The position numbers and the translations under genes were made by a program. The notes beneath the pieces are model-generated. The model was not told the origin of the DNA and searched no databases. It worked only from the letters and a program-made list of their open reading frames with translations. A DNA stretch of 61,305 nt, counting the filler, from Porpidia crustulata (taxonomy: Eukaryota): assembly GCA_964255105.1 (NCBI GenBank). It is 9 parts of 9 records of this genome, joined end to end, with 100 filler letters (N's around TTAATTAATTAA, not from the genome) between each part and the next. Parts side by side here need not be neighbours in the genome. Positions count along the whole stretch, not along the records: positions 20,497 to 27,220 come from CAXUWE010001467.1; positions 27,321 to 34,043 come from CAXUWE010001468.1; positions 34,144 to 40,862 come from CAXUWE010001469.1; 6 more parts are not named here. The stretch is one strand, 5' to 3'. Positions 26,416-39,907 of this stretch are shown one piece after another. The number at the start of each line of letters is the position of its first letter. Positions within the stretch are counted from its first letter, which is position 1.

Positions 26416-27220
26416 TGGTAATCAGACTGTTGCATTTTAGCGCTTTTATGGCTGCTAATTCATAGACGACCTTGATGTAGCTTTTTTATAGATGGCACTA
26501 CGCTTTAATCTCAGTTCGTCTCGATAACTTGTGACAAGAAAATTTGTCCTTTACCTTTTAGCACAGGTTGTCAAGCTGGAAATCAATCAAGTGTCTGGAG
26601 ATTAAGAAATAGCCCTAGCGGCACTGCGAACACGGTCCTACCAAATTGTCAGCTGGCTCAGGATTAGGATTAAGGTTGAAAATTCGAGCCGAGTTGACCA
26701 TTTGAGGCGTCTGGCCATTTGATCTTTCAGCCAGCCAGGTAGTCTGCGCATTGAGCGAGAGAATTGATGGAAGGCAAATGTAGATATGAAATAGACAGAT
26801 GATGAAGTCGATAAGTTTATTCTAGACTTGAAGTTGAGTGACCTACGGAGCTCATTGCTTTGCATGTTCTCACTAGAGTACATGGTCACCTCGGCTTTTC
26901 GAATGTTGGAGTAGTGAGATGTTTAGAGTTAAATGTAGATATGAAGAATGTAGACTATGAAATCGATCATGTATATCAGGCTTGCAGTCGGGCTTCCTAC
27001 GTGTTTACTAGTATGCCTATTTTCACGACACGGTCATCTCGACTTTTCGAATATGAATGATCGAAGCGATGGAATTATCTAATTTGCTTTTGTAAACTTT
27101 TTAACTTTTTAAAGTGTTGGTGGGTAGATAGATGGTTGTTTTTTATGTATGAAGGTATTTTTGGTCTGATCTGAGTGGTAGTGCGAGGATGGATTAAGGA
27201 ATTGGTGGAAGGGGATTGGA

Positions 27221-27320
27221 NNNNNNNNNNNNNNNNNNNNNNNNNNNNNNNNNNNNNNNNNNNNTTAATTAATTAANNNNNNNNNNNNNNNNNNNNNNNN
27301 NNNNNNNNNNNNNNNNNNNN
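27221..27320. other. Artificial contig linker
   Basis: N44-TTAATTAATTAA-N44. Confidence 0.99.
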
Positions 27321-28405
27321 GCGCGGGGCCTGGATGACTTGAGGGGCGGGTGGAGGGTTTTATCGATGTTGGGAAGGAGTTCGAAGCCTGGGAGGTCGTC
27401 AGCGCCGGTGGTGGTGATTTCGGTCTCGATGGCCTGAAGGACGGCGTGGACGTCGGCGAAGGATTTGCCGTGGCCGAGGTAGGGAATGAGGAAAGTCTCA
27501 CGGTAATCGACCGGGGAGCTGTTGAAGATTGCGGCTTGGTTGGCCGCGGCCAGGCCGTCGCGTTCGTTTTTCCGCAGGGTGATTTCCCAGTTTATGACGC
27601 CGCCCCAGGTGTCCATGCGGGTGAGTTTGGGCTTGATGACGTCGAACTGGGTGCGCTTCCATCCGGTTTGCTTGGCGCGGAAGCGGTGGCGTTGGTAGTG
27701 TTTTCTGCAGTAGTAGACCCAGCATTCGGGTGGGATCTGGCTGGTGCAGATCTTGTTGCGGCCGAAGATGTGGGAGACGACTTTGCGGTGGTCGCCTGAC
27801 TGGGCGACACATGGACTGACGGCGGTGCAGATGTAATCAATTACTGGGCCATCTGATTTGACCCTGGTCCCGGGTTCATCTTCACCGTTGGATCCTTCTT
27901 CGTCCAGCTCGTCGTCGGCTGAGTCGGCTGGAAGATGGCTGAGTACTTGTCGAGGTGATTCACATGCTGCTACCAACGATTCATCAGTATCCGGAGACGG
28001 TCGAGGTGCGGCTACTTTTGAGTGCGACCTATATTCATCAAGGGTATCTCCACGCTTGGAAGAATACTGCAAGGGATCGTCTTTGATAGAACCGTCTGGC
28101 GTTATGTTTTCAGAACAAACGGATCTTCTAGATCGAACTTGATCCCCAGTGTCCCATTCCCGGCTGCGTAGTGGTTGCTTCCGTGTTTCGCGATGTGTAT
28201 TTGGGAGCCAAGGATATTCAGGATACTCGCCATCCTCGACTTCTCCCTCTTTAGGCGAGGGACTCTCGGAGACGTCGGGCGTAGGGGGTAAGGTTTTCAT
28301 GGGAGTGTATTTGAAGAAGTTTGGTGGTGCTGAAGAAGAAAGCTTTCGGATGGGAGGGTTGGAAGCTTTAAATGGTGAATGGGGAAGAGACATGTCTTGT
28401 GACAT
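27321..28405 (-). CDS. Fungal ORP1-like protein with conserved Cys/His domain, 3'-truncated
   Basis: Long ORF from ATG 28405; conserved block RKVVSHIFGRNKICTSQIPPECWVYYCRKHYQRHRFR...LPGFELLPNI after a disordered N-terminus. Confidence 0.7.
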
Positions 28406-30241
28406 GGAACCTTGCAATAAGGAACAATGAGATTTGTGTTTGCCCAAAAGGCCAATAATAGTATAGTGTTGAAGAATGAGATGTCTAAATAAGAGCTGCC
28501 AGAATACAATAGTAGTGTTGAGAGGAGAGAGACGATATTGGATTATAGACTGCTCTTATAGTTGCCTGGGGGACAGTCATAACCCCCTCGGTGACGAGTA
28601 GTGAAGAGTCGTAAATATTGAGTCGTGCATATGGTTATTGCTTTGACTGAATGTGGATGACATTCACCTCCTCGAAACGTACAGTCTAGCTCTATCTTCA
28701 CACGAGTCCACGGGGCTTAGAATTCAACTTCCCCTCATCCCGTGGCTGAGTCCTCTTTCTGTCAATACCATTGCAGTTCATTGGCCTCACCAGAATTCCG
28801 TCATTCACGATTGTTCACGCTCTCCTGCTTTAATGCAGTGTAAACGTGCACGTTTCCGGATTTCTGCCTTGTCGGTAGATTTTGGCCGTTGCCTACTTGG
28901 CGAGCCTAGAGCACCAACCTCCATATCAAACGAATCGACAGGTCTCAAGTGTCCAAACAATGTGTCTCTTGTCCAGATTCCATACAGGAACCTGATGGCC
29001 ATTCAGACCGTTTGACAAAATTGGCTGGTGCTCAAAAGTGTAGATGAAGGATAAGTGAATTCCCATCTGGATTCGTTAATGAACCGGTCCAGATTGGTAT
29101 AGTGGCGTATTAGATTTGCAGTCCAGACAGTGAAGATCGTATCAGGCAGGATTCTCTCCCATTTGTCTCAGCCGTTCTGTCTCTTAAATGTGTCTGTCTG
29201 TGTGACAAGGATAAATCACGCAGGCGAGCGAAAGATTTCAAGAGCGATCTGATCAACGTCATTCATGAATCTTTGACTTAGATGTTTTAATGGTATATCA
29301 TAAAGAGGTTGAATCAAATCGGATTATAGGTTCGATATGAGACAGTATCAAGTTCTGGCCATAATGCTCACAAGGTCGGACCTCCATTTTGTCGGTACAA
29401 TGGAATTTGAGATAGGTCTCAATTGTTGTGCACCCCCAATTCTCACGCAGCCTTCCTGTCTATCTCAGATTGTTTAGATTTCGAAGATATCACTAAACAA
29501 AGCGTTTCTGTCAACGGCCATGCGGGAGCGTGAGGTACCCCAGACGGCGAAACTCCATTGTACGGATAGGGATAGACAGGAGAACATGTCTTGAAACAAT
29601 GCGCGATCCAGTTAATTCCAGTGTCAGACTTTGATCTGGATGTGTGAATGAAGTCAAATACGGTGACACGAAACAATAAGATTCAAATCCAAATTCAGAG
29701 AAGAAGGAGAATTGTCTTAGTGGAGGTAGATGATCACGTGATCTTCCCAAAGCCACACTAGCGCCGGAACATCCGATGTTCCTTTCCGTGGGAAATAAGA
29801 ACGAGGCGCCAAAGAGGATGAGAGACCTTGGTAAAAGCCAAGGATAAGAATCAGTCGACGATTTGAAGGGATGTCTATCTCCATTGCTGACTTCAAGCTT
29901 CAATTGGTGTCCGGTGAGGGTAGCTTGCCTCTCAGTTGCAGTCAACTTTACAAATTGACTCAATTGAGGAAAACCACCACCAATCAAGCTGACGGTCCCA
30001 TGGTTGAGTCGAACTTGACATATTCCTTGCCTAATAAAATAATTTTCTTTTAGCTGATATAAAAGGACGTGTCGCACTCTATAAGTTTTGATATCTACAG
30101 CTAACGTATGAATCCTAACGAATATAAACATTGCATTTATAAATCACTACATTACAAGTATTCTGCATCGCAGACGTGTGTAAGATATAACGGCCTCACT
30201 CTTATAGATTTTGTGGAATTGTAACAGAACATTTTATCGAG

Positions 30242-33059
30242 ATGAATCGTCCTGGGCAGAGATTACTGGCAGTAGCCAACAAAACAACGACGAATGGATT
30301 GAAGGATCATGATACCGTATCGAAAAAGGAAGTTATTTCTGGCCCCACATGGAAGCCTGATATATATATCGATGCCTTCGTCCCAGAGTCATATCTCGCT
30401 ATCAACAGATCTGCAGCCATTCCGATTGATAGCACACCCCTTGAGGGTGTAAACTTTCCAAGTTATGTGGCTTCCTTTGCCGGCACGCATCTACTTTCAT
30501 CTCTCCAGGAGGTGCAGCAAGCGCCCGCTTTCGGTGGCAAACGGCCGATGAGACCTATCGAAGAGTTGAATGCGGAATACTATGGCGAACATTTCAACGA
30601 TTGTTTGGCGCTAGATCTCGCCGCTCGAATTCCCGAATTACAAAATTATAGCCTTTTCGGCGTTCTTGTAATTCCTGTGGAGCCAACTTCTACGGACCCA
30701 ATACCGAATATCCACAGGCTCCAAGTGCCAGGTATTCGCGAAGGAACTCCACAAGTCGCATTGGGAGACAGTATATTGTTACGCCAACTAATCATCGATC
30801 CTATTACACATCTTCCCCAGAACATGAATTTATGGCTAAAAAATGATGGCATTGCGAGGGGAATCTATGCACCTGGTTTCACCGGTTACCAAATCAGCTC
30901 GGTGGTTGTAGCAATCGATCGAAAGGACGAGACTCTATTAGTCAGGGCCGATGGATTTATCCCAGGTTTCCACAAGTGCAACATTTCTTTCGTCGTTTCT
31001 ACCCGAGTAGTCAAGGCTCTACAAAGAGCTGTTGTAGACATCAACCAGGGGCTACCATTGCAACAACCGATAGCTGTGGCCAGTGTTCATGAAAGAGCAT
31101 GGTTGCAGCGTATGCTTTTCCCTCTCGACGCTGATGGAACCATACAGCATGGATTACCATCTGGTGTGTTTTCCCAAACCTGGTTTGACGAAAGTCTCAA
31201 CTATGAACAGATGGTACGTTGTAGTTGCCCATCCTTTCTTCCTAAATCTAACATCTCGATAGAAAGCGGTCGATGCGGTCCAAGGCAGACTGCTTCGAAC
31301 CCCAATCCTTATTCACGGACCTCCTGGCACAGGGAAAACTAAGACCATCTGCGAAGCCGTCACTCAACTAGCTGAAGACGAAAGCTTTCGAGGCTCTATA
31401 CTGCTCTGCGCACCCTCCGATCAAGCCGCAGACACATTGGCCATACGGCTATGCGCTCAATTTGAACCCAGACTACTGTTTCGCCTCAACGATTATTCGA
31501 GGACATTCGCCGAGGTACCACAGAAGTTACTACCATATTGCTATGTCGAAAACGATCTTTTCAGTCTTCCTCCTTTCCCAACTTTGATGGGGTACAAAAT
31601 TGTTGTCACAACGTGCCAGACTGCCAATACCCTTGTCGAAGCACGTGTGACCAACCGCGATCTAGTTTCTTTAAAAAGAGGCCTGCAGTCGATGATCCAT
31701 CCACATCGTGTTAAGTCTGTACCTGGTCCAGATGATATCTTGCATTGGGAAGCTTTATTTATCGACGAAGCTGCCCAAGCTACGGAGCCAGAGACCCTCA
31801 TACCGCTCGCAGTTGTTGCTCCAACTCTCGAGATTGAGCATGACGAACTTACGAAAGATCTGATATTCGTAATGGCTGGCGACCATTATCAGCTTGGCCC
31901 TCGCACATACGCCAAATCAACATCACTACATATTTCCCTGTTTGAACGCCTCTCAGCACGGTCTCTCTACGCCTCCCACCCTCTCGCACGTAAATCGAAG
32001 AAAACACCATTACAAACCCAGCCAATGAACCGACGGCCTTTTGTCAATCTAACCCGCAACTACCGCTCTCACCCCGCAATTATTGCTATCCCATCTTCCC
32101 TCTTCTACGCCAACACTCTAATCCCCGAAGCCACACAAATCGGATCCTTACACTCCTGGAACGCCTGGCGTGGCCGCTGCTGGCCCGTTCTCTTCGCCTG
32201 CAACGGCGGAGCAGACGACTGCGAAGACGTCCGTACTTCCGGTGGCGCAGGCTGGTACAACATCCGCGAAGCCCAAAAGGCGATTGAATATTCCCAAAAC
32301 CTCATCTCATCCGGTCATGTGGCTGCACAGTCGGATATCTGCATCATGTCCCCCTTCCGCGCCCAGGTCAATTACATCCGAAGACTGGCTAGAAAATCAC
32401 ACTTCTACGGTTTGAACATTGGGCCTGTCGAAGCTTTCCAGGGCCTGGAAAGCCGCTTCGTCATCATCTGCACCACGCGCGCACAGTCTCGCTTTTTGGA
32501 CGCGGACAAAGTAAGAGGTATCGGCATGATCGACGAGCCCAAGAAATTTAACGTCGCCATCACCCGAGCCAAAGAAGGTCTCATAGTCCTGGGTAACCCA
32601 CGGGTGCTGAGTAGAGACCCCTGTTGGCGCTCCTTTCTGCATTTCTGCTGGCGCAACGGGCTTTGGCAGGCTGAGACGCAGGATATTGATCCGCGCATGC
32701 AGGACGAAGAAGCGGATGTTAACAGCTGGGTTCCTGAGGGAAAAGACACGGACGACGAGATTCAGGGATTGGAGGCGGCGCTGCTGTACAAGGAGAAAGA
32801 TGCAGGGCGAGGATCGAAGGCTGCGAAGAGGTTTTTGGGACCGAGTCGGGAGGATGAGGCGTATGGATATGGGTTGGAGGTTGAGGCTGCGACGGATCTG
32901 GAGGGAGATGGGGATCGATGGGAAGATGGGGATCGAGGGGAAGATGGGGAAGAGGTTGATGAGGAGGCGGTGGTGGGGGATGAAGATGATGAAGGCGAGG
33001 GATTGAAACATGAGTTGAGCGATTTAAAGGAGAGACTGGAGAGGTTGACGACGTTATAA
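30242..33059 (+). CDS. MOV10/SDE3/Armitage-like superfamily-1 RNA helicase, 2 exons
   Basis: Intron 31214-31262 restores LNYEQM|KAVDAV...IHGPPGTGKTKT; then CAPSDQAADT, FIDEAAQATEPE, AGDHYQLGP, NYRSHPAI, MSPFRAQV, EAFQGLE, KFNVAITRAKE. Confidence 0.9.
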
Positions 33060-34043
33060 GCGATGTTAGGGGGACTTATGTATGAGTAATGGCGTTTGCA
33101 CAATTTGGGATGGGAGTTGGAGCTTTCTACACCAGGATCAATACCGGAGATCCACGGGAATGGTTTTTGTATACTCCATCACTTCCTAAACACTCATAAT
33201 AGCCATAATACATACGAAACATCGCAGTCTCCATCCCATTTACATCAGCTCTGTCAAAATGACACGGAAACCTGCCTGCTTGATTGATTGAATGATCTAT
33301 GGGGATTTGGGGGGGGCGAACCTCGTTCCGCGAACCTTAAATCTTACACATAATCAATAACGCCCTCGATAAAGACGTGCGTAACGGCCCGAATGTGATT
33401 GAAACCCTTGATCAAAAGACGAGCAAAAAACAGTGCCGGAAAGAGTGTCAGAGAGTGGGGAAAGAGAGAAGAAGTTAAAGGAGGGGGCTAAATGGAGGAG
33501 GATAATTGTTGGAAAATCGAGGATTCGAATCGTTTGAAATCAACTCGAAACAATTGAGTAAAACGCGGATAATACCAGAAGTGCAAAACATCGGTCGGAA
33601 AGCGGTAGTGTGGGGAGAGAGAGGGAGGCAGAAGGGAAAGGGGAGACGGAGATGGAAATGAAGCAAGAGATGGATGTGAAAGTGAAAATGAAGGTGTGAA
33701 CGAGTGCGAAGAAGAATATGTGAGCGAGAGTCGGAATTTCGGAATTATGAAGGCGTGAAGATAAACGCGTTGTGGAGCTGGAGGCCTAAGCGTTATAAAA
33801 AACGAAGGCGTGACCGAGTGCCGAAGGTGATGACGATGGATGCAGGAAAATGTAAGTCTTGTGGAGATGGATGACGGTGCAAAATGCAGATGCAGTCGAG
33901 GATATTGAAAATTGAATGAAAGAGGTTTAAATTTTAAGAAAGGAATCGAAAATCCGAAAAGGGTAAAAAAAGGCGCATGCGTGGAAGAAGGTACGGAAGA
34001 TCTAGAAAAAGAGGTTGGTAAAGGTAGGGGGGTGCGGCTGGGG

Positions 34044-34143
34044 NNNNNNNNNNNNNNNNNNNNNNNNNNNNNNNNNNNNNNNNNNNNTTAATTAATTAAN
34101 NNNNNNNNNNNNNNNNNNNNNNNNNNNNNNNNNNNNNNNNNNN
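34044..34143. other. Artificial contig linker
   Basis: N44-TTAATTAATTAA-N44. Confidence 0.99.
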
Positions 34144-37100
34144 TGAGAAAATATATAGTCTCGAATGATGTACCTTGCGGATATTTGACTGCCGAATGGG
34201 AGGAGCCATGGTAGGCCGCATTACTTCCTCTTGCATCTCCTCATCATCCGTCCGCCGTCGCTTGGCCTCGGCTTGCTGATAAGTTGGCCCTCCTTGCGTT
34301 CGAGAAGGCCGGATAGACTCCTCGTCAGCTTCGGGTTCAAATACCCTCTTAAGTGGCGGCCTTGCAGGATTGGGGGCAGGATGGCTCGGGCCTGGTCTAC
34401 CGAAGTCTTGCACTGTGTGCATTCTTGAAGGGGGTCTTGCACCTCCTAGCTCTGGTCGATGTGTTGCTGGGGGAGCTGGTGGTTTTTCCTGTAGCACAAA
34501 ATATTAGTATTTTTACTTCTCTGGACTTGATATCACGCTTACGATTTCATTGCCAGGTCGTTGTGGTACCCGCTGTTGGTTCTTCCTCTCGAGTTCGAGT
34601 CGTCTCTTCTCAATGGCTTGCTTCTGTGCAATCTTCTTAGGATCATCGATTGCGGCGGAACGCTCTCTTTCGCGCTGTCGCTCTGCTTCCTGGCGTTGCA
34701 ATTGCTCCAAACGACGCATTTCATCCTGCTGAGCGGCTCGTTTACGTTCAATCTCCCGCTTTTGATCTGCTTTGCGTTGCAATTCCTTCTCGTCCTGTAA
34801 AGTCTTAGCATACAATTATTAATTCAACACTGGTCACCACATACTTGTTCTTTTTTCCGCTCCGCTGCAAGCAACGCTTTGGGCTTAGCAGTTGTTGACG
34901 TTACAGAGCTCTTCAGGCTATTGCTGGAAGCACTCTGATGCAGTGATCCATTGCTTGGCTTCTTGCCCAAATTAGATGATTTGGCTTGAAAGGCAGGCAA
35001 TGATTCCTGAAGGCTCGAGGACAAGGTAGCATTGGTAAGTGGTATCCGCTGCGACAAAGTACCAACCCGGATTGCCACTGGCTGCGGCTTTGGCTTTGAA
35101 GCTGCTTCCTTCGCTGGCTTGATGGGTCTTCTCAACTCCTTAGGTCTCTGCAGCTGAGATGGCTGTGATTGGTGGTGGGGTGGAGGTGGACCCATTACTT
35201 GAGCCGGCACAGCTTCATCAGTAACGCCGTTTGCCCGGATTTCCAAAGCCTCCATCGGTTGCTTCGATTCATGCTGATGCTGCAATCTTCGGGGGCTTTT
35301 CCTTGTTGATTTGGATGGCTGATCAACAGCCGCTCGAGTGACAATTTCAGTCTCCGTCACTCGTGCATCTGCTGAATTAGCGTTTGCACTTCCATGCTTC
35401 TGGACTGTAGCTTTCTGGATTTGAGCCTTTTGTACGTGTCCGATCTTCAAGTCTGTCGAACATCGCTCTTGCTCTACCAACTCCCTCTTCTCCTCTTTCT
35501 CAGTAGAACTTCGAGTCTTCCGGGGTTCTACATCCTGGATCGAGTTGTGAGACGATTTGTCTGCCAAATTTTGGACATGAACTTCAGGTCTAAGGTCGTG
35601 GTACAAGTCGCTCCCAGATTCCGAAGGCTTGAGCTTACCGCCCTTGAGGCTACCATTTGGAGATTCACGCACCTGACCTCGCGTGCGCATCGAATGAGGG
35701 GATAGCGTTTCCATTTTTGCTTGCGCTGATACTCCGGCACTGCTTGTGAATAAGCCCCTGGCGGTTTTCATAATCGACTGTAATTTTGATTTTGACGCGC
35801 TCAAAGGCCCATCAACGTATCGCCGAGTAGGAGTACCATTAGGCGTGGTAGATTGGTGTGATGATTGTAAACTCTGTGGATATGATTCTTGCGTCTGTTT
35901 GCCTTTAGTTTCGGAGCGAAGACCAGCCCTTGTAGGAGAAGCAAAGACAGAGTTTGACGCCGATCGCGACTGCCTCGCCCCAAATCTTTGAGGTTCAACC
36001 ACAACTGACTGCCGTAGAGGAGATGGTTCTCGGTTCTGTTCTTTGACATGCCGCTCAAACCCGAATTCTTGGTCACTTATGTTATGCTTTCCTCTTATGT
36101 CTTCCATTACATCGACAGAGGTGCTTTTGGAAAGCTTCGGTCGGTTTGAGTCACTTGATTGTATCTGCGGAGGCCCGATCCAATCGTCGTCGTCATCTTC
36201 AGGCATATGATGAGGAGGAGCTTTAGCAGGCGCTGCAGAGCCTTCTACAGGAGCTGGACTTTTGGTTTCATGTTTGGGGAGTTCAGGATAAACAGAGTTT
36301 GGCAAAGCCGCCGTGGCAGGAATGGATTTTGTTGGGCGCGCTGGCTGCGACTTTCCTAACATGTTAATCTTGTCGTGTAGTCGTTGAGTCGAAGATTTGC
36401 TGTGGAGCTTAGCCATTTTTGTATCACCATCAGATTGCTCCCTTAAAAGCTCCGGTTTGCCTATCTCGTCTCTCTCTATCTCTTCATTGTGTTCGAGTTC
36501 TGGCGCTGGTTCAGGCTGTCGCAGGCCGCCGGTGGATTTTCCACCTGTGAATCGGCCCAGGAAGCTACCTCGGTGTATAGCAGCCTTGGATTGCTCTAGA
36601 TGGCTTGTTCTCGACACTCGAGACCCTATACTCTTTTTCGTTGTAAGAGGCTCTCGTGCCGGCAGGGAGGCAAAGGTGAGACTGCTCTTTCGTACCAGCG
36701 GTTTTGCGGGACTTGATCCTTCAGACGGCGACCGTGACTCGTCAACTGGAACATCATCCAGCACAGAGTCCCGGTCCATCTCATCTAAATTCATCACATC
36801 ATCAGGAATACCGGCTGGTTCTAGAGGCAAAGTTTTGGGCGTAGACTCAGGTATTGGCCGCTCAATGACTTCAGGTTCTCCAGCGGCTTCGGATTTTTCA
36901 GCGGCTACGTGGTCTGTAGTCGGCTGCAAATTCGTCTTGCAGGTCTCTTGGATGGCGGTCTCTTCCTTTGCCGTTTGAAATGATCCATCCGTAGTACTTC
37001 GTTCCTCTGAATGCCTGTTTGATACTTTCTGGGTATAGAAAGGCGGTTTAGAAGGAAGTGAGTCTTCTTTGAGGCTTTGGGATTCTAGGGTCGGCTGGGT

Positions 37101-37680
37101 TTCCCCGGCAAGCTGGTCCAGATCCATCTCATCTTCTGACATACCATGATAGCCCGAGTCAGTGTTTGCCTTGCTTGGCTTCATTAGTGAAGAAGGTTTT
37201 GTATCCTCCGATGCTTGAAGCTTGGCAATCTCTTTGTTAAACATGGTTTGCTGGACAGGATTCCGAGGTGGTCCGGCGTTCGCGGAGAATATTTCTGATA
37301 GAGGCTGCGAGATTCGTCAGTAGTCACATACAGTGTGAGATTTTGGCTCTATCCGGCGTACCTCGCGAGCCTCCAGAGGGTTCCATTTCCGAGCGGTCCT
37401 TGGAGTCTTGCCGCGTAATTTCCCTGGGGTCTTGAAAATCTCGGTTACATCCCTATTTATTATCAGTGCATCGCAAGCTTAAGATGGGCGCCCACACATA
37501 CAATTGATTCTTGCTGAATATTTCTGCCATATGCTCGTTCAGCCACTCCACTTCATTGCGGGTAGAGAAAGCAAAATCTTCTGCTTCCTGAGTACCAAAC
37601 ATAGACATTTGTGTATTTTCATCTGCTATCCATCGTGCGGATCCAATTGGCAATTGCGCCTTGGAGCGGACGGCCGCCAT
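34144..37680 (-). CDS. Inner centromere protein (INCENP/Pic1/Sli15-like), multi-exon, 3'-truncated before the IN-box
   Basis: N-terminal GSARWI...FAFSTRNEVEWLNEHMAEIF|...FKTPGKLRGKTPRTARK; LVRKSSLTFASLPAREPL; KSSTQRLHDKINMLGK; charged coiled coil. Typical of Pezizomycotina INCENP. Confidence 0.85.
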
Positions 37681-37960
37681 TGTTGATATAAGGTGAGCGC
37701 GAGTGTGCAGCTATTTTCACAGCGCTTTTTTCGCGTACAGCATGAGGGTCGAGTCTGGCTTTGAATGTATAGCCTGCCGTATGTTAGTAGTCGTCGAGCG
37801 ACTGGACTGTGTTCTGAAAATTGCTTGTTGCTATGCTCGAGTGTTTGGGAAATCCATTGTTTTGATTGAGATTCGCGCTAAAGATATAGAGTACCCCTGC
37901 AAGCTTTGTGCCGAAAAAAGGCTCCGCAACACAATTACTCTAGGTGAGGGACTACTCGTA

Positions 37961-38067
37961 ATGCGAATAATCCACACGGGTTACATGATTGCATTCGCCA
38001 TTCCTGATTGATGAGATCTCCAGGGAGTCCAGGGAGGATGCCGGGTGACCGTGTGGATTATTCGCAT
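37961..38067. repeat. Perfect 19-bp inverted repeat with 69-nt spacer
   Basis: ATGCGAATAATCCACACGG (37961-37979) and its exact reverse complement CCGTGTGGATTATTCGCAT (38049-38067). Confidence 0.85.
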
Positions 38068-38253
38068 CACATAGAAGAAGGCCTAGTATGAAGCTTTGAA
38101 TCATCTACTATGTTTCCCGATCAAAAGCCCGTATGTCATGAGTACCCGAAGCTTTCTTGCTTGCAATGACCGATGTTTTCAGATTGAATAGGTCTCTCTA
38201 GTATTTGTGAGATGGTGTGAATTTATGCGAGTCTCTTGAAAGATATCATTATA

Positions 38254-39907
38254 ATGAGTTCCCAATCAACATTGTCATGCGTGCCCTGGGTTCGAGGATT
38301 GTCACTCTCTCGTCATTGGTCTTCGAGGCATGCACCACAACCATGGGGAATCAGCCGTGCATTCTCCCGAAGTGTTCAGCCTCGTATCATGGAACTCACG
38401 GGATTCTCTGAAGAGCAATTGGACGTTCGAGAGGCGATTTCCAAAATTTGCGTAAACTACCCCGACGATTACTGGGCAGCTCATGATGAATCTGGTGAGT
38501 ATCCACATGAACTCCATGCAGCGCTTGCAAAGGATGGCTGGATAGGAATCGCATTACCGGAAGATCTAGGTGGTGCCGGTCTTGGTATTTCGGAGGCAAC
38601 GATGATGTTGCAAACGATATCCCAAAGTGGAGCGGGAATAGCGGGTGCGCAGTCCGTACATGCCAATGTGTATGCCACGCAGCCTGTAGCAAAATTTGCC
38701 ACTGCAGAGCAGAGGATGAGAATGTTACCAAGACTGATCAGTGGAGAGTGGAAAGCATGTTTTGGTGTCACAGAACCGAGGTTAGGAGACTCCCCGGTGC
38801 ATCTGGTTGTTGCGCAGATCATGACCTCTTAAATCTGTACTCTTCTTAAAAGCGTACCAAATGTTGATAATTCTGTTCATGAATAACAGCACTGGATTAG
38901 AGACCTTAAAGCTCAAGACGCAAGCGGTACGTAAAGGCAATCACTACCATATTACTGGGCAAAAGATTTGGATATCTTCGGCACAGGTAGCATCGAAGAT
39001 GATCTTGTTAGCCCGCACAACACCTCTCGAAGAAGTTAAAAAAGCATCCGAGGGCCTGTCACTGTTCTTCATCGACTTCAAGAAGGACTCCCCGGGCCTT
39101 GATATTCGAAGGATCAAGAAGATGGGTGGAAGAGCTATTGATGCCAACGAAGTTTTCTTTGACAATTACGAGGTACCTGTGGACACTTTGATTGGGGAGG
39201 AAGGACAAGGGTTCAAAATCGTAAGCGTAACTTGAACAGTCCAGCGCCAAGAGACGAATTATAATAGCCACGGTACAACAGGTACTTCACGGGATGAACG
39301 CGGAACGATGTCTACTTGCCGGTGAAGCTCTGGGGCTTGGTTATGCCGCTTTGGAGAAAACAGCAAAGTACGCCAAGGACCGAGTGGTGTTTGGACGACC
39401 CATCGGTCAGAACCAAGGCATCCAGCACCCTCTCGCTGCCGCATACATGAGCTTGGAAGCCGCAAAGCTCGCTACGTATCACGCTGCAAGAGTATACGAT
39501 ACAGGCAGCAAGGACCCTAGTGTCACTCCTCATGCAGTTGGAGTTGCATGCAACTCCGCGAAATACCTAGCGGCTGAGGCGGCATTCAATGCTTGTGAGC
39601 GATCTGTGAGTGAATCTCTGGCGGATACAAATATGACATTTTCGTCGCCGAAAAAGTCTTTCCGCCAAGACTTGGAAGGACCAGTAGCTAAGATGCTTAG
39701 GTACTCGCTCACGGCGGTATGGGGTACGCCCAAGAATACCATGTGGAAAGGTATCTGAGAGAGTGTTTTGTCCCACGTATCGCTCCAGTCAGTAGAGTGA
39801 GTGCGCCAAGCTATCTTCTTTGTTACGTAGAGACTGACTCGTCATTGCAGGAAATGATTATGAATTACATTGGGGAAAAGGTTTTGGGTCTTCCGAGAAG
39901 CTACTAG
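38254..39907 (+). CDS. Acyl-CoA dehydrogenase with probable mitochondrial presequence, multi-exon
   Basis: GWIGIALPEDLGGAGLG, ACFGVTEP|STG, ITGQKIWIS, GMNAERCLLA, RVVFGRPIGQNQGIQHPLA, HGGMGYAQEYHVERYLRE; ends VLGLPRSY. Confidence 0.95.

Noticed and set aside
29511..30131. 206-aa minus-strand ORF upstream of the helicase
   Set aside because: No recognisable motif and atypical composition; unsupported.
21481..33059. Two SF1 helicase genes close together as a cluster
   Set aside because: They lie on different contigs separated by a linker.
33300..34043. Purine-rich stretch as a regulatory or repeat element
   Set aside because: Sits at a contig end with no motif structure; resembles low-quality read-tail sequence.
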